Notes: a model not told the origin generated them from the sequence alone. A DNA stretch of 64,000 nt from Candidatus Berkelbacteria bacterium (GCA_016187225.1 JACPKC010000006.1:25051-89050), one strand, 5' to 3'; shown: positions 30,442 to 41,660, numbered from the stretch's first letter. A program made the numbers and translations.

Positions 30442-33084
30442 TTAAGCCCCGTGGCATTTTTTGAATTTTTTGCCCGATCCACATGGGCAAGGGTTGTTGC
30501 GACCAACCTTGCCATAGGGGTTGGGTGTGTTAATAGGTTTAGGTACGACAGTCGAAACACTAGCGCCCGGTCCGCGAACAATAATGGCAACTTTGTTTTT
30601 TGGTGGCGCTGTGGGCGATGTCGGTCTAGTTGACAACGAAGTGGCATCCCTGTGTTCTAATTTCATTGTGACACGAGGAGTTGCTTGAGACTGCGAACTC
30701 TCTGCTGTTCTCACTTCGAGCTTCATCAACATCTCTACAACCTGATTTTCTATCTCGTCTTTTAATTTTGTGAAGAGGCCAAAAGCCGCATCTTTGTACT
30801 CGACAAGCGGATCGCGTTGAGCATAGCCTTTAAGACCGATGCCTTCACGCAAGTGTTGCATAGTCGAAAGATGGTCGACCCACAAAGCGTCAATTGTGCG
30901 CAAATAAATTAGTCGTTCCAAAGAATAAAATTGCGCTTCGTCAACTGAAATTATTTTTTGCTTAAAATCCTCGATCTCATCGGGGTGTAAAAGTTCGAGC
31001 ACTTCCTCATGAAGCCGACGATCAGTTTCCACATTCATTAGGAGAATTCTGCGTCGCTTGCGATAAATAACTTCACGTTGCTGATTGATTACATCGTCGT
31101 ACTCAACCAAATGTTTGCGAATGTCAAAATTATGCCCCTCAACCCGCCGCTGGGCCTGCTCGATGGAACTCGTTATAAGCTTATGTCGAATCGGTTCATT
31201 ATCAGGAAGGCCGAGTCGATTCATCATGCTCTTGAGGCGATCGCCGGCGAAGATCCTCATTAAATCATCGTCAAGAGAAACGTAAAATTGCGACTCCCCT
31301 GGATCACCTTGGCGGCCAGAACGACCACGGAGTTGATTATCAATGCGGCGAGCTTCGTGACGTTCAGTGCCAATCACGGCTAGACCGCCCGCTGATAGGA
31401 CCTCTTGGTGACACGCTTCCCAGGCAGTTATATCTTGTTTAGATGCGCCCAGGCCAGGTTTTTTGCCGCCCAGCAAAATATCAACGCCGCGCCCTGCCAT
31501 ATTAGTCGCCACAGTTACACGCCCTGGTTCGCCTGCGTGCTCAACAATTTTTGCCTCGCGTTCGTGTTGTTTAGCATTTAACACGTCGTGCTTAATGCCC
31601 GCGCGCTTCAAAAGTTTCGAAAGACGTTCAGACTTTTCAATTGAGATTGTCCCTACCAACACCGGCTGTTGCTTTTGAGCGTGACGTTTGATTTCTTCGA
31701 CAATAGCTGTAAATTTGGCGCTCTCGGTTTTATAAATTACATCATCGTGGTCAAGGCGAATCATGGGCCGATGGGTTGGAATCTCGACGACATCCAGATT
31801 ATAGATTTTTGCAAACTCTTCGGCTTCAGTCGCGGCTGTACCGGTCATGCCAGCAAGTTTACCGTACATGCGAAAAAGATTCTGAAATGTGATTGTGGCC
31901 ATGGTTTTGGATTCCTGGCGCACCTTAACTTTTTCTTTCGCTTCAATTGCCTGATGTAAACCTTCGGAGTAGCGCCGACCCGGCATCAGTCGACCCGTAA
32001 ATTCGTCAACGATAATCACCTCGCCATTTTTAACTACATAGTCGCGATCGCGCTGAAAAAGAGCCTGCGCTTTGAGCGCTTCTTCGAGGTGGTGAACCAA
32101 GTGGACGGTTGTGTCAGCGTATAAATTTTTAACGCCTAGCGCTGATTCGACTTTGTGAATGCCGCTATCAGTCATCGTTACATAACGCTCCTTTTCGTTG
32201 ACAAGATAGTCTGTATTGATCGCGAGCTTTGGGATAATTTGGGCAAATTTAGCATATAAATCCGCAGATTCCTCGGCCGCGGCGGAGATGATGAGTGGAG
32301 TGCGAGCTTCATCAATTAAGATAGAATCAACTTCATCGACGATGGCAAAAATTAACTCTCTTTGCGTCAGGCGATCGGGTTGGACAGCCATATTGTCACG
32401 CAGATAGTCAAAACCAAATTCATTGTTCGTGCCGTATGTAATATCGCAAGCATAGGCTTCACCGCGAGTGCAAGGCACTAGATTTGGCCAATCAGAATTT
32501 GAATTTGGAATATCTGATTTCAGATCATTTTCTGTTTTCTGTTTTCTGTTTTCTGTTGCTTCCGGCGAGTAGCGCCAGCTCTGCTCCTGTTGGCCAATCA
32601 CGCCAACCGATAAATCCAGAAAAGTGTAGAGCGGGCCGTTTGAGTGAGCGCCAACTTTTGCCAAATAATCATTCGGCGTTACTAGGTGAGCGCCCCGACC
32701 GGCAAGGGCATTCAAAACGAGCGGCAAAGTTGCCACTAAAGTCTTACCCTCACCCGTTCTCATTTCAGCGATTTTGCCTTGATGAAGAACGATTCCACCT
32801 GCCAACTGAACGTCAAAATGTCGCAGACCCAAGGTACGTTTACTCACTTCACGAACGTACGCAAATACCTCGGGTAGTCTTTCATTAAGAAAGCTCTTCT
32901 GGGTTTCCAGATTACTCATTGTACGAACGTCAAAAAAATGTTTTTTAAACTGCTCCTTAAGTTCCTGGCCGGAAAATTTTTCAAGTTTCAACTCGAGTGC
33001 GTTGATCGTATCAATGAGTGGCTGGATTTTTTTAAGCTCTTGAGCGTTTGGATCGCCAAAAAGTTTTTTCAGTAGACTTGTCAT
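30442..33084 (-). CDS. secA: Preprotein translocase ATPase SecA
   Basis: An 880-aa protein with DEAD-motor motifs and a C-terminal zinc-binding [14 protein letters not shown]. It contains a lineage-specific insertion encoded partly by a (TTCTGTT)4 repeat. Confidence 0.95.
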   Translation of the reverse strand: MTSLLKKLFGDPNAQELKKIQPLIDTINALELKLEKFSGQELKEQFKKHFFDVRTMSNLETQKSFLNERLPEVFAYVREVSKRTLGLRHFDVQLAGGIVLHQGKIAEMRTGEGKTLVATLPLVLNALAGRGAHLVTPNDYLAKVGAHSNGPLYTFLDLSVGVIGQQEQSWRYSPEATENRKQKTENDLKSDIPNSNSDWPNLVPCTRGEAYACDITYGTNNEFGFDYLRDNMAVQPDRLTQRELIFAIVDEVDSILIDEARTPLIISAAAEESADLYAKFAQIIPKLAINTDYLVNEKERYVTMTDSGIHKVESALGVKNLYADTTVHLVHHLEEALKAQALFQRDRDYVVKNGEVIIVDEFTGRLMPGRRYSEGLHQAIEAKEKVKVRQESKTMATITFQNLFRMYGKLAGMTGTAATEAEEFAKIYNLDVVEIPTHRPMIRLDHDDVIYKTESAKFTAIVEEIKRHAQKQQPVLVGTISIEKSERLSKLLKRAGIKHDVLNAKQHEREAKIVEHAGEPGRVTVATNMAGRGVDILLGGKKPGLGASKQDITAWEACHQEVLSAGGLAVIGTERHEARRIDNQLRGRSGRQGDPGESQFYVSLDDDLMRIFAGDRLKSMMNRLGLPDNEPIRHKLITSSIEQAQRRVEGHNFDIRKHLVEYDDVINQQREVIYRKRRRILLMNVETDRRLHEEVLELLHPDEIEDFKQKIISVDEAQFYSLERLIYLRTIDALWVDHLSTMQHLREGIGLKGYAQRDPLVEYKDAAFGLFTKLKDEIENQVVEMLMKLEVRTAESSQSQATPRVTMKLEHRDATSLSTRPTSPTAPPKNKVAIIVRGPGASVSTVVPKPINTPNPYGKVGRNNPCPCGSGKKFKKCHGA

Positions 33085-33494
33085 TCTCTACGCCTTCGAA
33101 AACGACCGAGGAGTCTGCGAGGAGTCGAAAGTGTGCTTGAGAGCCAATCACGTATTCTAATTTTACGCTCCGCATTCCGACTTTTCTTAATTAATTTATC
33201 ATGACGCTTGCGAAGATATCTCTCGGTTTTCTTGTAAAGTCGATCAAAGGCGGTGCGAAAATCTTCCGCTAATGCTTCAGCGTGGAATGTCCTTGGCTCC
33301 TTGGTGACCGCCACGGCAACATGCACATAGTGCGTTTTACCTTTTCGAGTGCTGTGAATATGTTCGGCACGAAGATCAAGTTGCGTGGGTTCGGGAACAT
33401 ATCGATCAAGTTTTTCAAAAAGTTTAACTGCCGAATCTTGGAGCGATCGATTAAGCTTATGCTCTTTATCGAGAAGCTTGAAAGTTACTTGCAT
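33081..33494 (-). CDS. hpf: Ribosome hibernation promoting factor / RaiA family
   Basis: A 137-aa protein with a YfiA-like beta-alpha-beta fold and a basic C-terminus. Confidence 0.7.
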   Translation of the reverse strand: MQVTFKLLDKEHKLNRSLQDSAVKLFEKLDRYVPEPTQLDLRAEHIHSTRKGKTHYVHVAVAVTKEPRTFHAEALAEDFRTAFDRLYKKTERYLRKRHDKLIKKSRNAERKIRIRDWLSSTLSTPRRLLGRFRRRRE

Positions 33495-33502
33495 TCAGCC
33501 TC

Positions 33503-34777
33503 CTAATGATTTTTTGGTCTTAAACTATCAATCCCTCCAAGATATTCACGCAGGGCGGCTGGGATTTTGATCGAGCCATCACCGGTTTGATGATTTTCCA
33601 GGAGCGCAATCAGGATTCGCGGCGAAGCGATGACGGTGTTGTTGAGAGTGTAAACGTAGCGCTTTTGCCGTTTTGCGTCGAGGTATTGAATACCCAACCG
33701 GCGCGCCTGCCAGTCGCCGAGGGCAGAATTAGAGTGCGTTTCGCCATAACTTTGACGCGAGGGCATCCAAGTCTCAATATCATGCATCCGCGTCTTGCCG
33801 ACGCCCATCTCAACCGTAGCGATATCAACAACGCGATAAGGCAGTTCCAAAAGCTTAAGCATCTTTTCAGCAAGAGCGAGCATTTCGTTAAACAATTTTT
33901 CCTGTTCAGCCTCATCGGCTCCACATAGGATTACCTGCTCGACTTTCAAAAACTCGTGCAGTCGATATAATCCTTTAGTATCTTTGCCGTGACTGCCCGC
34001 TTCGCTTCTGTAACACTGCGAGACCCCACAAACCTTCTTGGGCAAATCTTGCTCCTTAAACGTCTCGCCAGCAAAGTAAGATAAAAGAGCTGGCTCGGCT
34101 GTTCCAGCAAGAAAGCGGCGTTCTTTGGCATTGACATCTTCTAGGCGAGTAATGTTGCCAACTTGGTAAATTTCTGACCGGCCTGAAGGAAAGTGGCCGC
34201 TACCAACCAGCGCAAACTCACGCACAATCGTCGGCGGCACCATAAGCGTGAAATCGTGTTCGCGCATCAACCTTAGCGCCAATAGCATAAGACCCTGATG
34301 TAAAAGCACAGCCTCATTTTTTAAGTAATAACCTCGGAAACCGCCAACTTTTGCCCCGCGCTCGGTATCGATTAAATCAAGCTCGCGACCAATGGTCAGA
34401 TGATCTTTTGGTTCAAACCCAAGTTTTGGCGGCTCACCCTCAACCCGAACCACTCGATTCATTGACTCGTCACCCACCGGGGCTTCAGGTGAAGGGATTT
34501 GCGGCACAAGTAACATTAGTTCCCGAAAACGCTCTTCAATCTGGGCTATTTTTGGAGCTAGTGCCTGGAGCTCTCGTTTGAGCATCGGGCCATGCTCTTT
34601 GGCTTGCTCGGGCAATAATCTGTTCCGCTCACCGAGTAAACGATCGCGCGCAGTAATTAATTTGCGACGCGATTCATCAATGCGAAGCAACGCATCAAGA
34701 TCAAGCGCCAGCTCCTTTTGAGCGATCGCTGTTTTCACCTTTTCCGAATTGGTCCTAATAAACTCGATATCTAACAT
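33503..34777 (-). CDS. serS: Seryl-tRNA synthetase
   Basis: An N-terminal coiled-coil arm plus class II motifs in a 424-aa protein. Confidence 0.9.
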   Translation of the reverse strand: MLDIEFIRTNSEKVKTAIAQKELALDLDALLRIDESRRKLITARDRLLGERNRLLPEQAKEHGPMLKRELQALAPKIAQIEERFRELMLLVPQIPSPEAPVGDESMNRVVRVEGEPPKLGFEPKDHLTIGRELDLIDTERGAKVGGFRGYYLKNEAVLLHQGLMLLALRLMREHDFTLMVPPTIVREFALVGSGHFPSGRSEIYQVGNITRLEDVNAKERRFLAGTAEPALLSYFAGETFKEQDLPKKVCGVSQCYRSEAGSHGKDTKGLYRLHEFLKVEQVILCGADEAEQEKLFNEMLALAEKMLKLLELPYRVVDIATVEMGVGKTRMHDIETWMPSRQSYGETHSNSALGDWQARRLGIQYLDAKRQKRYVYTLNNTVIASPRILIALLENHQTGDGSIKIPAALREYLGGIDSLRPKNH

Positions 34778-34792
34778 TGTTACCTCATAAAT

Positions 34793-36424
34793 TCATGTCG
34801 ATGCTTGTTTTAGACGTGCCAGAATCAACTCTTTCTGTTCTTTTTCAGCCTCGAGCCAAGCGCCAAGTCGCGGGCCAGAGCGGACGCCGCCCAATACTTG
34901 ATAGAGTGTCATAAAGGCTTCTCTAACTTCAAGTGACGTCTTGTTTGCAGAAACCCGTATTACTTCTGTTAGTTGATCGCTAACCCAATTTGTATCCGCC
35001 AAAGCTTGAGCTAAATCCTCGAGAAATTTTTTTTGGTGGTCTGAAAGTTCAAGTTTAGGCAGTGTCAACTGAAAGTTAAAAAGTTTACGACCCTTAAATT
35101 GCGCGAGCCAGCGCTGGGCGGCGGTGACGCGTGCGTTGAGTTCAGCGTTTTCAGATTGAGTTAAAGGTGAGTTTTTCTCATCTTCAGCATAGGCCTTAAT
35201 TGCAAAAGCAGGCTGTTGGATTAAATTAGCTAACACTCGAAACCGCACAACGTATTTTGGGGCTTCTTTCGAAGGTTCTAAGCGTACCGCTTTGTAAACA
35301 GCGCCCTCTGAACTAGTACGATTCTTATGAAAAATCTGGAGCAAGCGATCATACTCATCGTAGAGATCTGGCAGCTGATCCGCATCGGTGCGAAATTCAA
35401 TGCCAGTCCTCGGCCGCGGGCGAATCATAAGCAAGCGCAAAATTTCAGCCGGCGCCTGGGCGGTAAAGGTAGTGGCCGATACCCCAACGCCTTTTGACGT
35501 ACTCATTTTTCTGCCGTCCAAATAAATGTGCTCATAAAATAAATCTTCCGGCACACGCTCATAGTCTCGCTCTAATTGAGGTGCGAAAAGTCGCTCAAAA
35601 ACAGCCCCGGCAACATCGCGCGATCCGCCTTTGGTGTAATGATCCTTGCCCGCCCCTTCGATATCGCTTTTGTAGACGAACCACTTAGCCGCCCACTCGA
35701 TTTTCCAAGGCAGTTTGGCGCCGCCATTAAAGGGCGACCTCTTGCCCTGGTGACCACAACCGTTAGCCCACGCTTCGGCAGTGTCGCCACACCGATATAC
35801 AGCTTGCTCTCCATCCCACGCGATGATCTCGGTGCTCGCAATTTTTCCGCAGGCCTCACAACGAATATTCACCGGGTAATCGGGCAAGAGCGCCTTCCCA
35901 ACACGATCAGCGCTTCGATGCTTGACTACCTCATTATAAACCTGTCCAACGAGTTGAGCGTGCTCAAGCACAAGACGAATCGCTTCGTTAAACGTGCCCT
36001 GTTCATATTCACGAGAACTGTAAAGGGTTTCCGACTCAACGCCCAATGAGCGGTAAACCATCTCAAATTCATCGGCAAAATACCGTCCAAAATTATTTTC
36101 GAAAGTTACAACACCATTTGATGGACGATTTTTATTATCGGGCGCTGGCACAAAGCGCATTGGCATTCCGAGATACTGTTCATAAGCCGGGTCAAAGTCG
36201 GCTGGGACTTTATCGAATGGATCAAAATCATCAAATCCATAAATATAACGCGTCTCATACTCGCGCTCGCGCAGAACGCGAGTAACAGCATCGTGTAGAA
36301 GCACGCCCCTCAAGGCGCCGACATGGATGTGACCGGAAGGTGTTTTCCAGTCAGAAACAACGTAGGGAGGCGCGTGGCGCTTACTAACTCGCTCGGCTCG
36401 TTCTGCCGCCCAAAATACCTTCAT
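34793..36424 (-). CDS. lysK: Class I lysyl-tRNA synthetase
   Basis: A HIGH-type motif PSGHIHVGALRG and the KMSKS variant KMSTSKG, at the roughly 540-aa size typical of class I LysRS. Confidence 0.8.
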   Translation of the reverse strand: MKVFWAAERAERVSKRHAPPYVVSDWKTPSGHIHVGALRGVLLHDAVTRVLREREYETRYIYGFDDFDPFDKVPADFDPAYEQYLGMPMRFVPAPDNKNRPSNGVVTFENNFGRYFADEFEMVYRSLGVESETLYSSREYEQGTFNEAIRLVLEHAQLVGQVYNEVVKHRSADRVGKALLPDYPVNIRCEACGKIASTEIIAWDGEQAVYRCGDTAEAWANGCGHQGKRSPFNGGAKLPWKIEWAAKWFVYKSDIEGAGKDHYTKGGSRDVAGAVFERLFAPQLERDYERVPEDLFYEHIYLDGRKMSTSKGVGVSATTFTAQAPAEILRLLMIRPRPRTGIEFRTDADQLPDLYDEYDRLLQIFHKNRTSSEGAVYKAVRLEPSKEAPKYVVRFRVLANLIQQPAFAIKAYAEDEKNSPLTQSENAELNARVTAAQRWLAQFKGRKLFNFQLTLPKLELSDHQKKFLEDLAQALADTNWVSDQLTEVIRVSANKTSLEVREAFMTLYQVLGGVRSGPRLGAWLEAEKEQKELILARLKQAST

Positions 36425-36462
36425 GTTGGTACTATACCAAACATTCTCTCCTGATTACCAGG

Positions 36463-36924
36463 TCAAGCAACTGTTTGAATAGTGTACGTGATTAGGCCTG
36501 CCGGCGTTTTAATATCAACTGTCTCACCAGCTTTGTTCCCCACAAGCGCCGAACCAACCGGCGATTCAGAAGAAATCTTGCCATTGAGCGGATCGCTTTC
36601 ATTTGAGCCAACAATCTCGTATGTCGCCGGCTTGCCATTGCCATCAACCACCCGCACCGTACTACCAATCCGAATTTCGCCGGCGCCACTTACGGCCTCA
36701 ACGATCTCTGCTCGTTTTAGCATGACCTTAAGCTCTGCGATTCGCCCCTCAATAAAAGCGAGCTGTTCGCGAGCATCGTGATAATCGGCATTCTCATTAA
36801 GATCCCCAAGTTCACGCGCCTCTGCCATCCGTTTGATGATCACAGGCCGATCAACGGTTTTCAGTTTTTGCAGTTCCTGCTTAAGCTTTTCATAACCTTC
36901 CGGCGTTACCTGATTGACAGTCAT
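36463..36924 (-). CDS. greA: Transcription elongation factor GreA
   Basis: An N-terminal coiled coil with acidic tip residues and a C-terminal FKBP-like domain. Confidence 0.9.
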   Translation of the reverse strand: MTVNQVTPEGYEKLKQELQKLKTVDRPVIIKRMAEARELGDLNENADYHDAREQLAFIEGRIAELKVMLKRAEIVEAVSGAGEIRIGSTVRVVDGNGKPATYEIVGSNESDPLNGKISSESPVGSALVGNKAGETVDIKTPAGLITYTIQTVA

Positions 36925-37197
36925 ATAACCTCTTCTGTTCTTCTCTAAAACGATTAGGAATAGGGAGTAGTATAAATTCTCATCGCGATCAAGTCAATTG
37001 GATGTACTGGTTTAGATCATACACGCATTGGCGTTGGTTGTTGAATGGTTAGATCGTATTCATGCGGAGTTAGTAAGTCGAGCGCGTCATGGGCATGAGC
37101 GCATCGGTAATTACCCAAAAAAAGAATGATGAAGGATAAGCTAGATGCTCTATAAATGTTAGGCGAGCGATAGCTATAAACGTACGCATGCTTGCAT

Positions 37198-37358
37198 TAG
37201 ATGTATTCCCCAATAATTTTATGCTCGAAATTGGTTTGAATTTGAGCGAAACGAATGAAAGTCGAGAGAGACGTAACGAGAGTTACGTTGACCGAGGCGA
37301 GTATTCGATGGAGCCAAATTCGAGACGATTTAGGCATAAAGGTTATTGGGGAATACAT
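37198..37358. repeat. 26-bp inverted repeat (gatgtattccccaataa.ttttatgc) flanking a roughly 108-bp core, intergenic between greA and mrdA
   Basis: The arms at 37198-37223 and 37333-37358 are near-perfect reverse complements (one mismatch region). The core holds a further small hairpin acgtaac-gagag-ttacgt. Confidence 0.6.
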
Positions 37359-37374
37359 CTAACTATACAGGATT

Positions 37375-39267
37375 TTATCGCCGCTCTTCGCTCGGACGGG
37401 AAAAATGCCACTTAAGAACTTCTTCTGCAACCGGCAATGCCACCTCATTGCCAGCGCCGCCGCCGTCGATCAAAATGACGACTACCAATTCCGGCGTTTC
37501 AGAGGGCGCAAAGGCTGTGAACCAGGCATGCGTTTTGTCTTCGGCGCCAAATTGGGCGGTACCGGTTTTAGCGGCCGAGGAAACCGGCAAAGATTGGAGT
37601 CGGCGCGCCGAACCACTTAAAACTGCCTCTCGCATCCCCGCTCTAACAATGCGTAATGTCGTATCTGAAAGCATACCCTCGACTCGAGCGCCAGGTGGCG
37701 CAAGCCCACCCCGACCATCGGTCGGCTGATCCTTCCAAAGCAGATGGGGCGTAATTTGAGTGCCGCCATTCGCGATCGCACTGATCGCTGTGGCCAGCTG
37801 AATTGGCGTCACTATTAAATCGCCTTGGCCAATCGCAAGGTGGTAGGTGTCACCCAGAAACCATTTTTCGCCTTTAACTTCTTGTTTCCATTCAGGGGTT
37901 GGCACAAGACCCGCGGCCTCACCTGGCAGATCCACACCGGTTTTCTTGCCAAAACCAAAGAGTTTTAGGTAATAATCAAGCCGCTCAATACCTAAACCGC
38001 GAATTTGCTCCCAGCCACCGCCAACGGCGTAAAAAAAAACGTTAGAAGAAACCGCGATTGCCTTCTTAACATCGGTCCAGCCATGCACTTTCCAATCTGG
38101 AAACTTGAACTCGCCGATCGTAATTTCACCGGGCGCATTAATCGTTGTTGTTTCAGTGATAACGCCGTCGGCTAAACCACCAGCCGCGATCACGGGTTTA
38201 ATGACTGATCCAGAAGGATAGACGCCGCCGATAGCTCGGTTTGAGAATATCTTGAGTGGATTTTCAGTCAATTCCTGGTAACGTTCAGCTGTCAAGCCCA
38301 GAGAGAACTCATTGTTGTCATAATCAGGTAAGCTGACCAGAGCACGAATACTGCCGTCACGCGGATCGAGCGCAAGCGCCGCGCCTGAATCGCTTTGAAC
38401 TTCACTGATTTTTTTCTCAAGTATCTCGCCTAATTTTTGCTGAAGCGGCAGATCGAGTGTCAGTACCAGTGTATCCCCTGAAACTGGTTCTTGCGCGCCT
38501 ACGATTCGCTGAAAATAACCCCTCGAGTCGACTTCAACTTGCTCGGCGCCTCGTTTGCCCTTCAGCAATGCTTCGTATTCTCGTTCGATACCCGCCTGTC
38601 CGGTTAAACTATTCATCGAAGAGTCTGGATGCGTATTTAATTCCGATTCTGTAATTTTACCGGTATAACCCAAAATATGACTCAAACCAGGCGCTCGAGC
38701 ATATTCGCGGCGAGCGCGATCCACAACTCGCAAGCCAGGCGTATCTTTAAGCATTACCTTAAGCAAAATCGCGTCAGTATGTTCCACTCCCTCTCGCAGA
38801 ATGATTGGGGTAAGTGAACGCAGACCCTCCTTTTCGACTCGCTCGCGGAGCTCCTCGGCTGAAAAATCGGTCACTTGAGCGGCTTGGGTATAAACTTGAT
38901 CGCGATCAATTTGAGCGTGCGGTAGATCGGCAGGCGTCAGTTCGAGCGCAAACGCGGCGACGTTTTTGGCAAGCACCTTGCCCGTACGATCCAAAATCAC
39001 TCCTCGCGGTGGTTGAATTTCGCGGCTTCGAATGCGGTTGCCTTCAGCCAAAAGCTGATGGCTTGCGCCTTGGGTAACTTGCAAAGTTAAAAGTCGACCG
39101 ATTAAAATAATCATGAGCAAAGCAACGCCTAAAAAAGAACCTGTAAGATTTGGACGTTCTCGTTCTTTCTCCAAGCCGGAACCCTCTAAGCCTTCACTCC
39201 AATCAAATTCATGGGCGGGTTCGGGCAACTTACCAAGTTGATTTCCAGGTTCGAAAATTGAGTTCAT
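37375..39267 (-). CDS. mrdA: Penicillin-binding protein 2 (class B transpeptidase)
   Basis: An N-terminal TM helix and dimerisation domain, then a transpeptidase with the SxxK motif (SVIK). It is adjacent to mreD. Confidence 0.9.
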   Translation of the reverse strand: MNSIFEPGNQLGKLPEPAHEFDWSEGLEGSGLEKERERPNLTGSFLGVALLMIILIGRLLTLQVTQGASHQLLAEGNRIRSREIQPPRGVILDRTGKVLAKNVAAFALELTPADLPHAQIDRDQVYTQAAQVTDFSAEELRERVEKEGLRSLTPIILREGVEHTDAILLKVMLKDTPGLRVVDRARREYARAPGLSHILGYTGKITESELNTHPDSSMNSLTGQAGIEREYEALLKGKRGAEQVEVDSRGYFQRIVGAQEPVSGDTLVLTLDLPLQQKLGEILEKKISEVQSDSGAALALDPRDGSIRALVSLPDYDNNEFSLGLTAERYQELTENPLKIFSNRAIGGVYPSGSVIKPVIAAGGLADGVITETTTINAPGEITIGEFKFPDWKVHGWTDVKKAIAVSSNVFFYAVGGGWEQIRGLGIERLDYYLKLFGFGKKTGVDLPGEAAGLVPTPEWKQEVKGEKWFLGDTYHLAIGQGDLIVTPIQLATAISAIANGGTQITPHLLWKDQPTDGRGGLAPPGARVEGMLSDTTLRIVRAGMREAVLSGSARRLQSLPVSSAAKTGTAQFGAEDKTHAWFTAFAPSETPELVVVILIDGGGAGNEVALPVAEEVLKWHFSRPSEERR

Positions 39268-39290
39268 CCGATTCCTTCTCCACCTCGAAG

Positions 39291-39770
39291 CTAGGGCCGA
39301 AAGATGAGTTTGTGTTGATGTTTAGATTGAAAGCGAAGGAGTGGCCAAGCTCCAAGAAAACTTAAAATTCCGGCGGCGCGCAAATCTAACCAAAACTGCT
39401 CCCAAGCATTTTGACGCCACGCCAAAACCAGCTCGGCGGTGGCAACTAAAACTAAAGCCATCAGAATTACACCCCACCAAGGAGGAGTTTGGATCTCGCG
39501 CTTCAAGAAGATGCCTAGGCTACTGTAGACCAGTAAAAGTGGTAAAAACGTGCTTCCAAAACGAAGCGGCAAAATTAAATCGATTAGGGCGCTCCCAATT
39601 AAAATCCAGCCTAAACCCAACTCTGCATAACCAAGCACTAAAAAAGGCAGAGCGCCGAGCGCAATCAGATTTGGCTGTCCGCCCATCAAAGGCCAAGCAG
39701 CCAAGGGCCCAGTTTGCGCAAGTACTGTTATATACGCGATGAGAGCGACGATAAGCCATTGAATTTTCAT
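39291..39770 (-). CDS. mreD: Rod shape-determining protein MreD
   Basis: A small polytopic membrane protein between mreC and mrdA. Confidence 0.6.
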   Translation of the reverse strand: MKIQWLIVALIAYITVLAQTGPLAAWPLMGGQPNLIALGALPFLVLGYAELGLGWILIGSALIDLILPLRFGSTFLPLLLVYSSLGIFLKREIQTPPWWGVILMALVLVATAELVLAWRQNAWEQFWLDLRAAGILSFLGAWPLLRFQSKHQHKLIFRP

Positions 39771-39790
39771 AAAATTATTGGAGAGTACAT

Positions 39791-40567
39791 TTAATGATCT
39801 GCCTTGAGAACAAGAACCTCTTCTAATGAAGTAAATTTGACTGGCGTCGTCAGCGCAATCCGCTGAAGAATCTCGGATTCAGTTGAGATAACTCTATCAA
39901 CTGTGCCCACTGGGATATCGGCAACCACCAGATCGCCTAAAGGACTCGTATAAACAAATTCACCTTGGGTAGTTGTCACATCGATTGGCACCGAGTCGAC
40001 CACAAGGCCACGAAAGCCGCCCCTCAAAAGACCTTGCCCGCGTGATTTTTCAAGCACAACCGGGAGTGATGCCGACGGACTCGTGAGTAACTGAACAGTG
40101 CTCGTATTCGCGCCCAATAAATCAATTGTTCCCACTAAAAAACCCTGGCTAATCACCGGCGACCCAACCTGAATTTTATCTTGCTCACCCACATTGATCA
40201 CAATTTCCTCCAGCATTTTACTTGGCGAACGCGCCACGACTTGCGCTGGTAACAAATCCACCCCCGGGATTTCATTTGCTTTTTTCATTTCAGCCTGTAT
40301 CACTCGCTCATTGCGCAAAGTTTCACGCGCCTCGGCAAGCTGACTACTTAAAAATGCATTCTGTTCCTCGGCAGTCTTAAGCTGACTGCGAAGATCGCTC
40401 ACCTCTCTCAAGGCTTGAAAAAAAGAACGACTCCGACTCGCTATTTTGGTTGGGCCCTTGGCAGGGGCGAGTAAAGCTACCGCTCTCTCTCTTAATGGAT
40501 TTAAGACTGGTGAAATTAACATTCCAAACACACCAACGCCAAATATAAGCATTAATGTTCGTGGCAT
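39791..40567 (-). CDS. mreC: Rod shape-determining protein MreC
   Basis: An N-terminal TM helix, a coiled coil and a beta-rich C-terminal domain, downstream of mreB. Confidence 0.8.
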   Translation of the reverse strand: MPRTLMLIFGVGVFGMLISPVLNPLRERAVALLAPAKGPTKIASRSRSFFQALREVSDLRSQLKTAEEQNAFLSSQLAEARETLRNERVIQAEMKKANEIPGVDLLPAQVVARSPSKMLEEIVINVGEQDKIQVGSPVISQGFLVGTIDLLGANTSTVQLLTSPSASLPVVLEKSRGQGLLRGGFRGLVVDSVPIDVTTTQGEFVYTSPLGDLVVADIPVGTVDRVISTESEILQRIALTTPVKFTSLEEVLVLKADH

Positions 40568-40576
40568 GAGTTTAAG

Positions 40577-41635
40577 CTAAAGCTCATGGGTGTTTTCGAT
40601 AAGAACGGGGCGAAGTAGATCGAGATCCTCAAGGACAATGCCCGTACCGCGCACTACCGCTGTGAGCGGATCTTCAGCCACATGAACTTCTGTGCCAGTT
40701 TCTTGCTGGACTAGACGATCGAGACCACGCAGAAGCGCGCCGCCGCCAGCGAGCGTAATCCCTCGGAGCATAATATCAGCTACGAGTTCCGGCGGCGTTT
40801 CCTCAAGTGTTACTTTTATGGCGGCTAGAATTTGCTGAACTGATTTACTCAAGGCCTCGCGTACCTGACTCTCGGTGATAAGAAGCTCACGCGGTAGACC
40901 GCTCACAAGATCGCGGCCGCGAATTGGCACCGTTTCCGGCTTTTCCGAGTAGGGCAGAGCCGAACCGAGGTTGATCTTGATATCTTCCGCCATGCGATCA
41001 CCAATCAATAAATTCAATTTCTCCCGGGCATATAATTTCATATCCTCATTCAGCTCATCGCCAGCAATCCGAAGCGAACGGCTGGCGACAATTCCACCCA
41101 AAGAAATGACCGCGACTTCAGTCGTGCCGCCGCCAATGTCAACGATAAAATTACCGCCTGGCTCCTGAATTGGCATCCGACTACCTACGGCCGCGGCGAC
41201 CGGCTCTTCAATCAAAAAAACTTCTCGAGCGCCCGCATTTAGCGCCGCTTCTTCAACAGCCCGCCGTTCAACCTCGGTTACGCCATAAGGAATGCCGATC
41301 ACAACGCGTGGTCGCGAAAAAAAAGGCCAACGCGGACCCTGTACTCGACCGATGAAATACTTGAGCATCTGCTCGGTGACCTCAAAGTCAGAGACCACCC
41401 CATCTACAAGTGGCCGAATCGCCACAATGTGCGCCGGTGTGCGCCCAACCATTTTGCGCGCTTCATCGCCGATCGCCAGAATTTGTTTAGTTTTGTGATT
41501 GATCGCCACCACCGAGGGTTCATTTACTACAATCCCTTTGCCGCGGATATAGACGAGCGTATTTGCAGTGCCCAAATCAATGCCAATATCGTGAGCAACT
41601 AATCCGCGCAGTCGTTTCAGCACTTCCGCCTCCAA
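40577..41635 (-). CDS. mreB: Actin-like rod-shape protein MreB
   Basis: Conserved MreB sequence throughout (DLGTANTLVY...GGGTTEVAV...). Confidence 0.95.
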   Translation of the reverse strand: MEAEVLKRLRGLVAHDIGIDLGTANTLVYIRGKGIVVNEPSVVAINHKTKQILAIGDEARKMVGRTPAHIVAIRPLVDGVVSDFEVTEQMLKYFIGRVQGPRWPFFSRPRVVIGIPYGVTEVERRAVEEAALNAGAREVFLIEEPVAAAVGSRMPIQEPGGNFIVDIGGGTTEVAVISLGGIVASRSLRIAGDELNEDMKLYAREKLNLLIGDRMAEDIKINLGSALPYSEKPETVPIRGRDLVSGLPRELLITESQVREALSKSVQQILAAIKVTLEETPPELVADIMLRGITLAGGGALLRGLDRLVQQETGTEVHVAEDPLTAVVRGTGIVLEDLDLLRPVLIENTHEL

Positions 41636-41660
41636 CCCCCTTTTCGAGCGATGAGTAAGA

